In this document: one piece after another, positions 27,701 through 41,500 of the stretch | Position numbering within the stretch: position 1 is the first letter of the stretch | Layout: every line of letters starts with the position of its first letter | Source of the DNA: Phoronis australis | Taxonomy: Eukaryota; Animalia; Phoronida | Reading direction: 5' to 3' | Assembly (NCBI GenBank): GCA_002633005.1 | Contig: NMRA01000024.1 | Location: 513,803-577,802, forward strand | DNA length: 64,000 nt | Notes under the pieces: generated by a model | Seen by the model: the letters and a program-made list of their open reading frames with translations, nothing else | Told to the model about the DNA's origin: nothing | The model's database searches: none | Position numbers and translations under genes: made by a program

Positions 27701-29441
27701 GTTGTTTATTTTATGGGAATCTGTCATGGTTAACGTCTTGTTCGTTTTCAGGGGTGTTGAAATTTTGTCCTAAAACCTGCTTGAGAAATGATATACATTA
27801 TATGCAGCCTGTGACGATTCGTCAATTTATTTTGTTCAGTTCACTGTTTTGTTTGATTTCATGTTTTTTAACTTTTCGCCTAAATACAAAACTCTGGAAT
27901 ATGGTAAAATCTGACCAATTTCAGTGTTTCCAAAATTGACATTTCATTTTCATTCGTTTAATGTCACTATGCTTGCCTACAGTTTTTCAAAACTTTGTCT
28001 GATGGTAGGCTGTGGTACAGAACTTGAAAATGTATTTATTTGGTGCATTGAATAAATGATAAATAAAACTTCACTTGTCAGCCATATCGTATCCTAAATT
28101 GCGGTGGTGTTTTGCCATAACGGAATTAAACATACACCTGTGGTTAGCTCAAATATTAACTGTTCAAACCTGATGCAAATCATATTTATTTGACTAAATA
28201 ACCATTCTGACTTCTTCTCTGCACAGTTTACAAAAAAATCGAATCCCTACAACAAAAAAATATTTGTTTTCCGACCACTTGGACAAACAAACTGGTCAAT
28301 ACATTGGGAACCATGTCTGTTTACTACCCAGATAGTTAATATTTGGCCTACCACAGTTTTCTATAGCCGGCTAAATACCCGATATTGAGCCCCGATACAA
28401 AAATGATTTACTGGCTAGAAAAGATAAGTTTGGGTCAAAAGTTACGACACACCGCGGAGATAACATTTTCGTGCTCACAACTTAGAGGTTTAGTGTGAAT
28501 TTCATTATCAGCTCTCCAGCACTGATAGTGGACCACTTTAGCCTAAGGCAGAGTGCCGGCTTTTTGCTCGCTGTACAGTATAAAGGTAAGATAGCTTTCT
28601 TTAGTCCGCAGCATATGTAATGCAGGAATATTGTCAAGTAAAATAAAGTTGAAACACCTCACTCGTGTGTTAATGCATTAGTGTACTCCCTAATGACTCT
28701 ATACACTACTGCATATGTAAGAAGTGGTAAACTTTCGTCCAATCACTTGTGGTCACAACATCTGAGTTGTAGCTGCTCATACGTAACTAATGATTCTTGC
28801 AAGATAACAAAGTACTGAAGTAACATGAATACCTGATGGGTATGATTAACGAGGTAAGGTAATGCAAAAGTGATACAATGTATCTAATTAGACGCGATTA
28901 AGTCGATAATCTCTGCCGGTGACAATGAATCATGGTTGCTTATCATGTCTATCCACAGTGAGAGCAGCGCGGGTTTGGTTTTGTGTCTCACGCCACATTG
29001 ACTACTTCAGATGCTGTTACCAGCATGTGTTAAAACAAGTGAACGTAATTAACAATGATGCTTTGTAATTAACAATCCTGATTGCGTTCTAATTGTCGTC
29101 TATGATGTCTTTGTTCAGAAAAGATCCGACGCTCTGATTTGTGGTCATGTGAGACTGCGTGAGGAAATCTGCATGATTGCTGTCTGATATCAGCGTTATG
29201 TAAAGTTTCGCAATTCAAGTTTTCTTTGTGATGGTTTTGTTATCTAGAAGTCCGAAGCTTTCTGACAGAACTAGGAGTTTTTCAAGTACCATCGTTTGTC
29301 ATCATTCTGGAGAGTACCAGTTCATGGTTTAAGGTTGTACCGTATATTCACATCCAATTCTTAGTATCCAAGATGAAACAGCAAAAATTCAAAACAAAGT
29401 GCAAATTACTGATGTGCCATGCTCTGAACAGAAAAAAAATT

Positions 29442-29512
29442 TAGCTCATGTAACATGGCTCAAGATTTCCATACATGGTGCAACACCATGTTTGAATCCT
29501 GGTATAGGCTGT
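29442..29512 (+). mobile_element. Second tRNA-derived SINE-like relic
   Basis: TAGCTCATG at 29442 and GTTTGAATCCTGG at 29490. Degenerate. Confidence 0.4.
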
Positions 29513-29529
29513 GGTGATTTCTTAGGACT

Positions 29530-29656
29530 CGGGGGCAGATCCAGGATTTTGAGTTAGAGGGGCCAGGGCGGAGTATTAGCCAGGATTTTGCCCGTCAGAC
29601 ATTTGCACCCCCAAACTGCTAAATGGAATCTGCCCCACCCCCTAAATCCACAACTG
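29530..29656. mobile_element. Decayed GC-rich MITE (GGCGGATCC-type termini)
   Basis: Left gggggcagatccagg and right cctaaatccacaactg form a degenerate inverted pair. Similar end fragments occur near 11640-11658 and 47495-47511. Confidence 0.45.
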
Positions 29657-30200
29657 CAAGTCTTCAAATCAAATTTCAAAGCTGAATGGCTGTGGATTTT
29701 CAATAGTTAAACCACAGGCCAACAAACTGCCCAAAGTTTAGGCAAGCCAAAAATATATCTGCTACATTGTTGTGCCAAGTGCAAAAAGTTCTACAACAAA
29801 GTACAACAATTTCTGTGTTAGCCAGATCTATTTTGAAATGACAAATGTCACTGGAGTTTCTTTACTCACTGGATAGTACACCTGTCTAAGCTGCTGCATT
29901 TAAATATTGTTCTTTGTGGCTTAATATTTGTTAATACCTGAATTGTGGTTAGCGGCATTGTACCTCTACACAATGGAGACCATCTCACTTGCAAAACTAT
30001 CCTGTGAAAGGCATTTTTCTGGGTCAGATTTATTTCCGATTGCTGAGGGTGGTTGTTGTTTTGTTAAACCTTTTCAAAATATAACTTTCCTCTACACCTG
30101 CGTAAGTAAAAGAAGTATTTAATGCCAGCGTCTACATTTGTCTAATTTTTTATACTCAACGAGTCATTTGTTCTGTGTAGTTCTGTGTGTCGTAATTCAT

Positions 30201-30227
30201 TTTGGTTTGGTTTGGTTTGGTTTGGTT
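30201..30227. repeat. (TTTGG)5 microsatellite
   Basis: Read directly: tttggtttggtttggtttggtttggtt. Confidence 0.9.
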
Positions 30228-33200
30228 CTGTTCCAAGACACACCTCTTGTTTAAAAACGTGATTAGAATTAATTAGATTGTTTCTTTCCAGGTATAAAAT
30301 TACAAATATCTTACGTCAAAAATATCAATTTTCTGAGGGGTGTCAAACTTTCTCACAATTGATTTCTGCACGAGTTCATTCATCTGATGACATTTTCAGG
30401 TCAGTATAGATTTATATCTTCTCTCCCACGAGATTTGTGTCTTTCAATTACAAGGCTAAAGACCACAGCCATTTGCCCATCTGTTCTCTTTACTCCTCGT
30501 CCTTCTTCTGTTTGACAATCACGATTTTGAGCGTAAAAACTGGGATGGAGTGTACCCGGCTAGTTCATGGATTTTGTGTGAATCCGAATATGAAAATTAG
30601 TTTTAATTGATTTTTCAGTGTACATGAAGCTTTTATAGTGATGCCATTGTCTTTAATTATCGGGTATCATTGTAGTTATAGTAGTTTTCAAAAATCATCA
30701 TATTGGCACATATTAAAACTTCCAAGCGGGAGCAAATCTTTCGGCCATTTTTCTATCCAATCTAGTCTTCCGTCGTGATTTTCACTGCCGTGTAACAAAA
30801 CTTTCAAGTTGTGGCTACAATCTCTTCAGTTCCTTTTCAAAAAACTATTATAACACAGTTAAAACTCGTTTGAAAGTTTGTCTGCGAGAGCAGAAGTTTG
30901 AAAATAAAGTTAAAACCCTAATGACACCTTAATGACGACTCTAGCCCTGTCAGTTCATCTGCCAATAGTTAGCCGGTCATTCATTGGCCAGTTGCTCTTC
31001 CCTTTCCAGGTATACAGAGAATTAAAGCCCAGGTGCACGTGTCACGGCCAATGATGTTTTTACTTGTCATATTCGATAATATTTTCTCAGTAACACAATA
31101 CTCAAAACATGTTTAGGGATTATTAATAATCGACACATGTTGTAATCCCAGAGCGGGGACAAGCGTTGTAACAAGGGATTTCCCTGTTATTTATCACCTG
31201 TGTTATTCAAGGTCAATATCATGCATGTTTTGTTCCATAATTAAAAAGTATGTCACTCATTTTCTATAAAAATATATATACAAGCCAAATGGCATCATCA
31301 ATTATGTAAATAATACATGAATGGAAAATAACGTTCTAAAATTTAGCACATCGACAAATTAACATCTTATGGTCCGGTTACTCTGAAATCTGTGATACCT
31401 GAATGTAGGACATTTTTCACACCTGTCGGCTGTCATGTCAGTTTTTATAAACCGTATTAAAAAATTCTGTGTGATTGAACATTAGAATGTAAATACAGAG
31501 CCTTTTGTGTCTACCTTCCAATCAGCTTGCTGTTTTTTTAGATAATTAGTATACGCACCGTCTGAGTCATAGTAGAACTTACACTGAATAGAACCAATAG
31601 TCAACGCGGTTGAGTTTCACTATGCTGGATGGTATATTATTCTTTTCGTAACTTTTTGAGTGATTGGCTTTCTATCTGGTTCCGCATTCAGTAAGTATTC
31701 TTTGGCCTTTACTGTAATGCCATTTCTGCCTAGGTATTGGTTGAAATTATATTGATTCCTCCCAGCCGAGATATTCAACTGATATTGTTTCACGCAGTCT
31801 ATTGTTTCTTAGGAGAGTAAACAAGCATGAATATAGGTGCAGATGGTATTGTATTATCTGTAGTTTATTCAGTATTAAGTTAAAGACATCGATATAGAGG
31901 TGAGAGATATTAAGGAAAGGCTAAATGGAGTCATGGCTGATCCTTTATACAAAGTTTGTGATACAAAAGAATGCAAACAGTGGCACCACCATGCTGACAA
32001 CACTGGAATCATTGCTGTCTGTCTTAGATCTTGACTTGCAGTTGCATAACAAGGAAGACCTTGTGCAACTGTTAGGAGAATTTCTACTGAGGCAACTCCA
32101 TTAAAGTTTTGAATCAGGATTAACATCAGATGCATTTCAAGGGAGTTCATGTTCCTGCCCTGGCTGTAAGTTGATTTTGATTAATAATACATGCTTGTGT
32201 TTATGTACTCCTGCACATTAGCTGTGTCATCCCGCTGTGTATGCATTGCCTGTACAGTGCCCCTGACCATCAAATCAGTGGTGGCCGTCTGTCGGAAAGG
32301 TTTGTGTAGTTCCACACTTGAAGATGGTGATTTTGGAGATACCTTGTGAGCGATTTGAATTTTAAATGAAGTACTTGAGAATTCACGAGGCAGTTGCTAG
32401 GAATTTCAATCTGTAGCAAGTTGTTCTTAGGTTAGCAGTACTCGAATTGACCATTGTGGTGTTGTTGATTTGGGTTTGGTTTTGACGTCTGTGAAATTCA
32501 GGGGTGCCTTTGATTTTCTGAGAAGTTGTAATTCATCAATAGGGAAGTTAAAGTAACTGCCAGGATGTAGGCTGGAAGTCTGACAGAGGTTGAACTGTAA
32601 ATAGATTTTTGCTATTTCATTATGGAAGATCTTAGAAGTTTTGATAATGTTACCTTTTCTTTCGTAGGAGTAATAAGCACTTTTCTTGTTCATAAATTGT
32701 TTCTGACATTTCACTCAGTAAGCTTGTTCCAAGCTTTGTTGGTGAAAGTAAGACTTCGATAATTGGTTTTCGGGTTCCTTTTCTTGTTCGGTCTATTAAA
32801 TCCTCTTTTTCGCCGTCATGAATTACTCTGCGCTGCCAAAGTTGGCAGCCAAAAGTAAACCCAATCAAGACGGATCAACGGTAAAGTCTTGTGCAATTTA
32901 AAGACTTGCATCAGTTTACAAGCAGTGTTTAATTATTAAGCCAAAGCACCTGGCTTGGAGTTATCTTCCTGTCATGTTTTGTTCCTGCCAGGCCAAATTT
33001 CCATCTGCCCGAGGTGTGATTCATGACGACAAGGCGTGATATAAATGTTTAATCCTCCATGTTGGTCCCTTGTGTATAGTGGTCATTTGTGACACAGCTT
33101 TTTTCCTTGTTTGGCCATCCGGCTGTGGGACCAGTACTCCATTAATGGTATTCAATTAGTAATGAATTTATTGATTGGCACTTCATTACCAGTGTTGTTA

Positions 33201-33963
33201 TTGTTGTTGTTGTTGTTCTCTCAGGATTGTGGGAATTAGAACAAGTTTGTTTATTAGAACGTTTACCGGTAGTTTAAAACGTCTATTGATTGTCTCTCCA
33301 GAAGTTTTTCTGGCTTCTTGTCTGTTCATGGCACTTGAAAGTCGTCTCAATTTGTATGGATATAGAATCATCAATTTAATATATTGATACGCCAGTTTCA
33401 TCATTGGAGCATGGAAGTACAAAGATCGCAACACTAAAACCTAGCCAGTTCAGTTCACAATGTGACGGTTAAATTTTGTGTCCTCGGTTTTCAAAAAACC
33501 CGGAATTAATGCTTTGCCAAGTTCAATTTCTGTGTCACAATCGCCTTCAGACAATATTTTGAAAAATTGTGAACATTCACAACAAATTTGGGAGTCCTTG
33601 AAAAGGGCTATTTTGGCAAAAATAATTGTTTTTGAAAATTATAGTGATGTACAGCATATATAACATTGTGATTGTCACTTTCAGTTGTCTATTGGAAATG
33701 AATAGTTAATTTTTTATTAGAATAAAATGAAAACATGAAACTTAAGGGACTTTATGGTTTTTATTGCTGGAAAAAGCAGTTGTGGGCTTATTGCTGATTG
33801 TGATGAAGTTTTCGACCAGAACTATAAAACAACAAAAGCTGTTGTGTTTTTGTGATTTTGTTACAAATCGCCAATTCTTGCTGTTGTCTGTCAAACTTCC
33901 GCTGAAGTCAAGGTCGCTGACTTTACCAGTTAAAAACACTTGGAATACTCTGACATAGCGAGA

Positions 33964-34040
33964 GGGATTAGCTCAGTCAGCAGAGCGGTTGGCTTGGATG
34001 AGGGGAATTTCATGTTGGATTCCATTCCCCACTGGGGCTG
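33964..34040 (+). mobile_element. tRNA-derived SINE head or tRNA pseudogene relic
   Basis: A-box-like TAGCTCAGTCAG-CAGAGCG at 33969 and B-box-like GTTGGATTCC at 34014-34023 with tRNA-like spacing. No intact cloverleaf. Confidence 0.55.
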
Positions 34041-37000
34041 ATCTCAGAAACATAATTTTGTCTCTGCTAATGTCACTTTAAGTTGTACAAAACAAGTCTG
34101 CATTGAGTTAAAGAAAATCTTTGAAATGAGCCAGCCCCACCATGACATAAGTCTGACATGTCTGTCATGTCTGTGGAAAGACAGTGACCACAGTCCACTT
34201 TGGTTATCACTGTCCATTCATAATGCCAACAACAGAGCTATTGTTGGACCAGCCCAAAGACCTCCTGATTATCACAGCAGTAACTCCACAGTACTCTGTC
34301 ACAAATGAGCACAGATATTGGACAATTACTGTAATCAGCATAACTCATGTTCTTCTGTATTGTGTTACCTCTCACCTGTGTGCACTTTTTCTTAAAAAGT
34401 TCAAGGATTTAACAAAAGCAAGTTTGATAGTTGTTTGAATACTCAAGAGTGTTATTAAGAAACATTTGCCGTTTCATATTTGAAGTTATATGAGTGGAAC
34501 CATGTTTGCTGATGTCAGAGAGAAAGTTGACATTTATAGATTAGGGAAGTGTTTAGGTTCGCCTGCCATTCAAGTTCTGATAATTGCTGTGATTTGTACA
34601 GCTTTGGCAGCTCCTGCACATGACCCTCTTGATCCTGGTTATCTCTGATAGACAAGTCCCAGGGTAACTGGTGAGTAAGGAATCTGGTAGCAGGGCTCAT
34701 CGCTGTGACAACACTGTCCTGGGACTAATCTATCACTACGTTGCCCCCTGCATATTTTTTGTTTTCTGGCTCACAGTACTCGACTACCATTTACGAAAGA
34801 TATCGTATCGAATTCTGTTTATCATTTAGGTACACTTTTCGTGTCCTCTAACCTTTTATCTTCTCATAACCAAGTATAATAGGTGCTTCGTTGTGACGTG
34901 AATTTCTGAGATCAGTGTGATCCAAGCAACTGATGCTGAGACAACGTATTTTTTTCATTTTAATGATGTTTGAAATTTAATCCGGTAGCCAAGACAGTAC
35001 AACTTTCAGCTCCGGGGAAGATGTTATTGGAGTGGTGGCTCCCAATGATTTTGTGTAACTGTTGTCGTTGTACAATTACTATTGAAAGTAGCCGGATGTG
35101 GTTATTTTTGATGATCGTGAGAGGCGTGTCTCATAAGCTTCATAGGTTTAAAATCGTTTTCCAAACTCATACCATGGTGTTCGTTTTTAACGTCACGTTC
35201 TTTCTTTGTTAAAGCTGCATCATTCCTTCCTCCCTGTTTGGCTTTCAAAAAATGAAAAAGCATTAAAAGAGTGAAATTATTTTATTACAATCACAAAAAA
35301 ATCTTCTTGCTGATCCCCTGTCAGAACACAAATGCATGGAAGAATTTTAAGGAGAAGAATGCTCTATCTTTGATGTTACCTCATGTTTTCAAATGGGAGC
35401 TTAAAAGCGACTAAGCTTAATACTGGGTATTTAACGGTATTTAACAGTGATCAAACATTTTCTCATCATGACAACTTTGTTATGCCTGGGCAGGTGAGGA
35501 GTGGATTGGTGTTTATTTTTTCTATTAAGTCAAAGATATCAAATGTTGTGGGTATAGGCCAATACCTTGCAGCCTCTGAAGTCTAAGTGCTATCTTTGTG
35601 CCCGTTTGTCGTCGGTGTTTGTTGCAGAACAATTTCAAGCTTCGGTATTCAAAAAAGTGGTGCGATAAATGTAAGCGTTATTTTTGGACTACTCGGGTAT
35701 CCTGGTATTTTGTTTTGTCAAATTTCTCAACAATTAAAGCAAAGTAAAGAGAATTCTAATTCACAAGTAACATAGTTTATTCTGTGCAACTGTCATAAAA
35801 CAACATTTGGTTGTTTTGATTTGTAGAAGAAACGTAGTTGGCCATTGAAAAAATCAGAAGAGGATTTTTGCCCATTATTTCTGTGCAAAATTAGCACGAT
35901 AATTGTTCAACGGTTTAGCGCACAATGTGATGGATAGGTGAAATTGTATTTTGTAACATTTTCCACAAAAAATGATTAAGGAGAAGCTCCCATTCTTTGC
36001 AACAAAGTAATCAGCATTTGAAAAATGGAAAAATGGCGATTCTGCCGATTATTTTTTTTCTGATGAAAGCGGAGAATTGCTGTACCCTAATTCACTAGGC
36101 AATTGAAATAGAATGTATTGGCAACCCTTTTTGTTATCATCTGATTTTTAGTTTGAAGTTGCTCACTTTCGTGTTGTCTAGTAAAGACGTCCAGGTGAAC
36201 AGATTTTCAACACAAGTACCTACACATCAGAGATGGATTTACCAGCTTCAGTTTAAACCCTAATTTGTTGCCGTGGAGATGATGTTAGGGATTTAATTGA
36301 GTTGTCTGTGGGGTGTGTTAAATCTATTAAGAAACTTGATCTCGGTAATGTCTCGTTTATTATAAACTGGATTAACGGTCTAGAATGACTTTCATATGTT
36401 GTTTCATGAAGATCGTGTTCTTTGACTTGACGTGTATTTTGTTTAATTACAACTTATTTTCTACTGGTATTCTAAGTGAATTCTTCAAATTACTAGCTAA
36501 ATTGGTATTTTTTTACTTTTGAAATAAAAAGTTCAAAAATTGGAAGTGTTACAGGTCAGTGGGAGTCCTCTTGGTTTGTACTGGATTTTCCCTGCTTCTG
36601 GGAGAGAGTGCTGTTTTGTTATTGAGCGTGAACAGGAAATTTCTAAAATTGAAAGCTGCCATATACACGAATACAGTGGTATTCCTTTGTTTGCCTGTGG
36701 GCAGTTATTTGAACATGGTCCCTGGCACAAACTGTTAATTGCTATGACACATGTCTGATTGGTAGCTAGCTAAATTGGCCTCAATGACTAGTAAAAACTT
36801 GGCTGGTTCAAATTTGTACAACAGGTGCCAGGGGACCGACTTGGATCAACCCGTGCACAAAAATCATTTTGCAAACATTTTTGTTTTAACCCGGTACAGT
36901 GCCGATGTCTTGTCAACTGTGCGCACTGCTTATCAGTTGGAAACTGAGATTGTTTTAAAGAAATTGGTATACTTAGCTAACTGTCTTCCCCGTGAATTTT

Positions 37001-37350
37001 AATAGAATGCTCCATTCAGTGGGCTTGGACTCTTGATGGCCATTTATTAGGGGGTGATGTCATTGGTCAATTGTTAAATGCACAATCTGGCCTCTGGTAA
37101 TAAAACAGGTGTTCCAACTGTGTTGTGTGCATGTGTATCTTTGGTCATATATCTGACAAACTTGTGGTCAGTTACATTTTATAAATGTTGGTTGTAAAAC
37201 ACCCACTCTAACTTCTTGTGAACATTCTTGCTATGGCCCAGTCCAAGACTGTTTAATTTCACGGTCAAGGTTGTTATTGTTAAATGAAATTTTAGACCAG
37301 TATGTTATCTTTTCATCAGGCTGATCAGTCTGTATCATTTTCTATTGCAG

Positions 37351-38460
37351 ATTCTGACCAATCAGAGGCGAGTACTGGTAATGAAGACACAGTGCTCTGA
37401 CCACAGTGGTTAATTGGGAGAGAGTCTCTGGAACAGTGCAGACCAGTGTGAAAGGCTGTGGAAGGCTTGCTATATTGTATTTGACTTGTGGAAGTGGATG
37501 GAAAACTGGTGAAAAGAGAACTTGTTCATTGTTTCGGAACTGATTATTTTGATCGCGATGAACAAGCTTTGTGGCTTAACGTCTATGTGTTTAGTTGTTA
37601 AGAGCTGAAGTATTCCATGTTTAGCTGATAGTTGCCAGTTGCACGATAATATCTTGGAACGTTGGTCCTACTGTTTTTTGCAAGGTACCCACGTGTTTAT
37701 CCGGCCAGTTAAAAGTTGGCAGACGGTGTCAGACATTGGACTGGAATTTCAAATTGACAGGCACTTGATTTGAGATTCTCATCTAAGGGAAGTTGTTTTT
37801 CTTAAATAACTGATACCAACAGAGATTTATGAAAAGGGTGGCCACATCGAGAAACAAGTCATAGGCATTGTTGACATACTGGACTGGCTGACACCAACTT
37901 CCTTGGAGATTGTGGCTGTCAACTGATGGATTATGAGTGGTGATGTTTACTCTTGGGCTATCTAAAGAGATCTGTTCATTGTCACCTCCATCTGCTGATG
38001 TCAAGATTGTTTAAAAGAACTCCACACAGGTGGCAAGATTTCTGCTAATTTTGTCCTTCCCTTATCTCTTTTCGCTGACTAATTCCAGAAAGCGAAGCCA
38101 TTGTGAGTGGGTGAACTAGCCTTACTACCAGTCATTGAACATCCTATCCCCCTTGGGGTAAAGTTTCACGTGAAATACAATGTTGTTTTTTGAATAGTCG
38201 CTTGGCTGCCTTTGCTTTGAGTGGGATTGGATTCAGCATTTAGTGGAGACTGACAATAAGTGACTTTGGAAGGGTCAAGTTACTCAAGGCTTCATTGCTT
38301 GTGCCGACAGATACGCTTACAATAGAGAGGGTAGACAACGGTATTGTGAGAACAAGGGAAAAGTGAATTTATTAACTCACTTTACAACAGTTTGCGAGGA
38401 CTTGGAACTGGTCCTGGAAGGATGTGCACAGTTTAGTGAGATTTTTAAGCCCAGCTAACC
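37351..38460 (+). other. Putative 5' UTR of unc5 (spliced; acceptors at 37350 and/or 38088)
   Basis: Strong acceptor atcattttctattgcag ending at 37350. A second acceptor ends at 38088, with branch-like ctaat, a ~25-nt pyrimidine tract and ccag. Weak possible donor AAG|GTACCC at 37685. No long + strand ORF before the ATG. Confidence 0.5.
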
Positions 38461-38575
38461 ATGGAGGAATTGAGGAGATTATCGTGTTTTGTCGTGCTGT
38501 TGGTTTTGTTGGTAGACAAAACACGCGCGTTTAATTTCACCTTTTTAAACATTGAGAACATCACGGATTCAGAAG
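38461..38575 (+). CDS. unc5: UNC5-family netrin receptor, first coding exon (signal peptide, MEELRRLSCFVVLLVLLVDKTRAFNFTFLNIENITDSE)
   Basis: Strong Kozak context (aaccATGG) with an in-frame upstream TAA at 38446-38448. Hydrophobic h-region followed by TRA cleavage-like site. Donor AAG|GTAAAC in phase 1 matches the phase-1 acceptor at 47129. Confidence 0.75.
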
Positions 38576-41500
38576 GTAAACATGGTTTGGGTAAACATGT
38601 GGTGCCGTGTGGTTGTACCGGTCTGAGTGAATATGTGATGCGAGTGAGGGGTGTGGAATCTGTATTGTGTGTGAAAAGTATATTAGAGTTTGCATGGAAG
38701 CTGTGTTTAAATTAAAATAATTTTCTGAGCAATATTAAATTTGTGGTCCCCAACTGAAGGTTTTTAAAGACAGGGACCTTTAGAAGTGCCATTTACTACA
38801 ATGTTATGCCTGGACTTCTCAAATTACTGTCTTGGTTTCTATAATTGTTTTATCATATGACACAGGACAGTTTTACACAATTTTCTATACTTTAAAGGAT
38901 ATTATTCTCCCCACACCCCCACTCTGGCATTGTTGCAGCAGTAAATTGCTATACATTCTCTTTAAACACCCCAATGGCCTCCTTCCACTAATGGCTCTGA
39001 ACACTCCATTAGCAGGACCTCTGCTGTCACTGATTTCACTAAAGAGATTACTTAGAATAACAACGACATTTCTCAGTTGAAGAGAATAGCAGACCTCTTG
39101 TGTCATCTTTAGGTGGGCTTGATTTGTGGCGTTTAAGAACGTTATTGGATGCCATGTTTGTATGGAAGAAAGTATATGCCAGTCACTTTATGATGGTTCA
39201 TGACTTTGAGAACCAAGCTGAATAACACTGATTACTGGATGAAAATCACTGAATAATGCTCATTATTCAGTAAATGAAACTGGTTCGTGAAATCAGGAAC
39301 CATAAAAAAGACTATTCCAGTAAATGTCAATAATTCCAGTGTCCCTATCTTAAATTTTGCGAAAATTCCTTGTAGTCTTTGCATAACGATAATATATGCG
39401 AAATCAAGCAATAGTAACTTATAGGGGTCCCGCATTTTCAGAACCAGGTTTCTGTAATAATAGCCATCTAACTGATTTCTAAATCTGGACCTCTGTAAGT
39501 GACTATTACCTAAACTGATTTCAAATTGACGTATTCCGTCATTGGCTGTGTAGTTGATAATGGTATTTCAGTTGAAAACATCTGGGGGACTTATCATTCT
39601 ACTTAGTCTCCTGTTCTGTTTATTAACGAGTTTCTCGCCTCATCAAGTCCTTTTGCTACACAGGTGTTCAGTGTGATCCCTTGGGTTGACGCAGAATTAT
39701 CACCCGGTTTGTTATCTTCCCTCGGTTTTACACTGTAACTCTGTAACAATGCCAACTTAGGAATGCAGTTCTGTAGCACATTGCTGAGTGTTAAAAATAC
39801 CACTCTGAATTAATCGAAATGAAGCTGTGACATTTACTTTCTCTAAAGATTCATGATTAAAAACGAGTATGAAATGGGATGATTTACATAACACCGCAGT
39901 TTTGGATTACAGATTGGAGTTGATGGCTAACATTTTCATTTCTAAGTGTAATCAATGCTTAGTTTTTTGTTACTGACAGCACCTAATATTCCCTGTGAAT
40001 TGGAATTGTCATTCTACAATTATGGGCATCCAGTCTGATGTTGTTTATATGAGCTAGTGGTTGTGAACACTGCTCAACAGCCTGACTTTAGTTGTTATTA
40101 TGTTAATGCAAGCCAACCATCTGGGTGTGTGTTTATGAGGTACATATGTTCATCTTTGTTCTGGGTAGTCAGATCTGTGCACTACCACAGAAAAATATTG
40201 GTGTCCGTCATTTCAATACCAGTTGAGAACAGGGGAACATTGTTACGGCAGTAATTCTCCTTTCAATTTCACACTAAAATGATTGCCAAAATGGTTCCTT
40301 TCCATTTTTTAAAGACCGATTATCTTTTTGCAAGTAACGAAGGAGTTTTAGCAAATGTTGTTTATGACATCTACACACTACAATCCATGGTTGCAAAAAA
40401 TTAAAATGTTTTTAATCTTTAGCAATTGGAAGCAAATATTCCTGGAGACAAGTTTTGTGTCTATAAGGCCATTAAAAACAAATGAAGTGTTGTATTTAAC
40501 AAACATTGTCTTTACTTTTTTGTAGAGAAATTTAACGAAATATAATTGCATGTGACAGCCATATTGTGCTACGTAAATGAGGAATCATAGATTTTTACCA
40601 CGGAATCGAGAAAAAAGTTGATCATAACCAACATGTCTCGTAATTTGGCTGTCAAGAAACTTTGCCTGATAAGAGGTAATGAATTGTATCAAAATGCCTC
40701 AGAGAAGTGTTTAAATTATTTCATACTTATTTTTTGAAATACCATAATCTCTGACATGTGTGCAGACAGTGTGTCAGTGAGCATGAGTGTCACACATTTT
40801 ATTGTCCTCATAAAAAAAGAATGTTGAGCTTATCTTTTGCCGCTGGACGTCTGCTCATGTTGAGGTCAGCCTCTGATTTTCTAGCAAGCCTAAATTTGAA
40901 ACCACAGGAAACTGACACAAATTTGTGGATGCCAAATCATCTAAAGCCTCTGGAGGGGGATGAGTCATTATATTTCCAAATAGATTTTGCATTCACCTCC
41001 ATGTCTCACCTGTTAAATCGCATTAGTCACTTTCAGGAGTCCCAGATTTTGAGAACTATTCTCGTGAGCACCATTCAATGGACAGAATTAGTTCTCAAAA
41101 TGCGAGACCCCTCAAAGTAACTATTACAGATAAATCTGTCCTAAATCTTTTTAAAACCAAACATCCCGGTCTATTTTTCCCTTTCTACCTTGTTTAAAGT
41201 CTGCCTTTACCGGTTACCTTGTTTAAAAAACATCAGTTCACTCCAAAGTCAAATACTGGTTGTTTACTAAGTCACCAAAGTCAAACAGTATTCTCGTCTG
41301 TCGTTGGGCACCTCATGTTTACCTTACAACCTCCCTTTGTTCAGCACTTGCTTCCCCAACCAAGCAGTAACCTTCATGCATAGGTTGTTTAGTTCAAATA
41401 AGTGTTGTTTGCCATTTTTTATCATCGCCTATTTTCTTTGACAGCGATCAGTATCATTTTCAATGTTTATATTGAAACTTTTGCTCCATTATGGAGATTG

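Noticed and set aside
33964-34040. Functional tRNA gene
   Set aside because: The B-box is mutated (GTTGGATTCC) and the stems do not close, so it is kept only as a SINE-like relic.
1-37350. Dozens of 60-130 aa ORFs in the six-frame track
   Set aside because: No recognisable domains, many non-ATG starts, and F/L/I/K-rich composition expected from random AT-rich DNA. No consistent exon chain.
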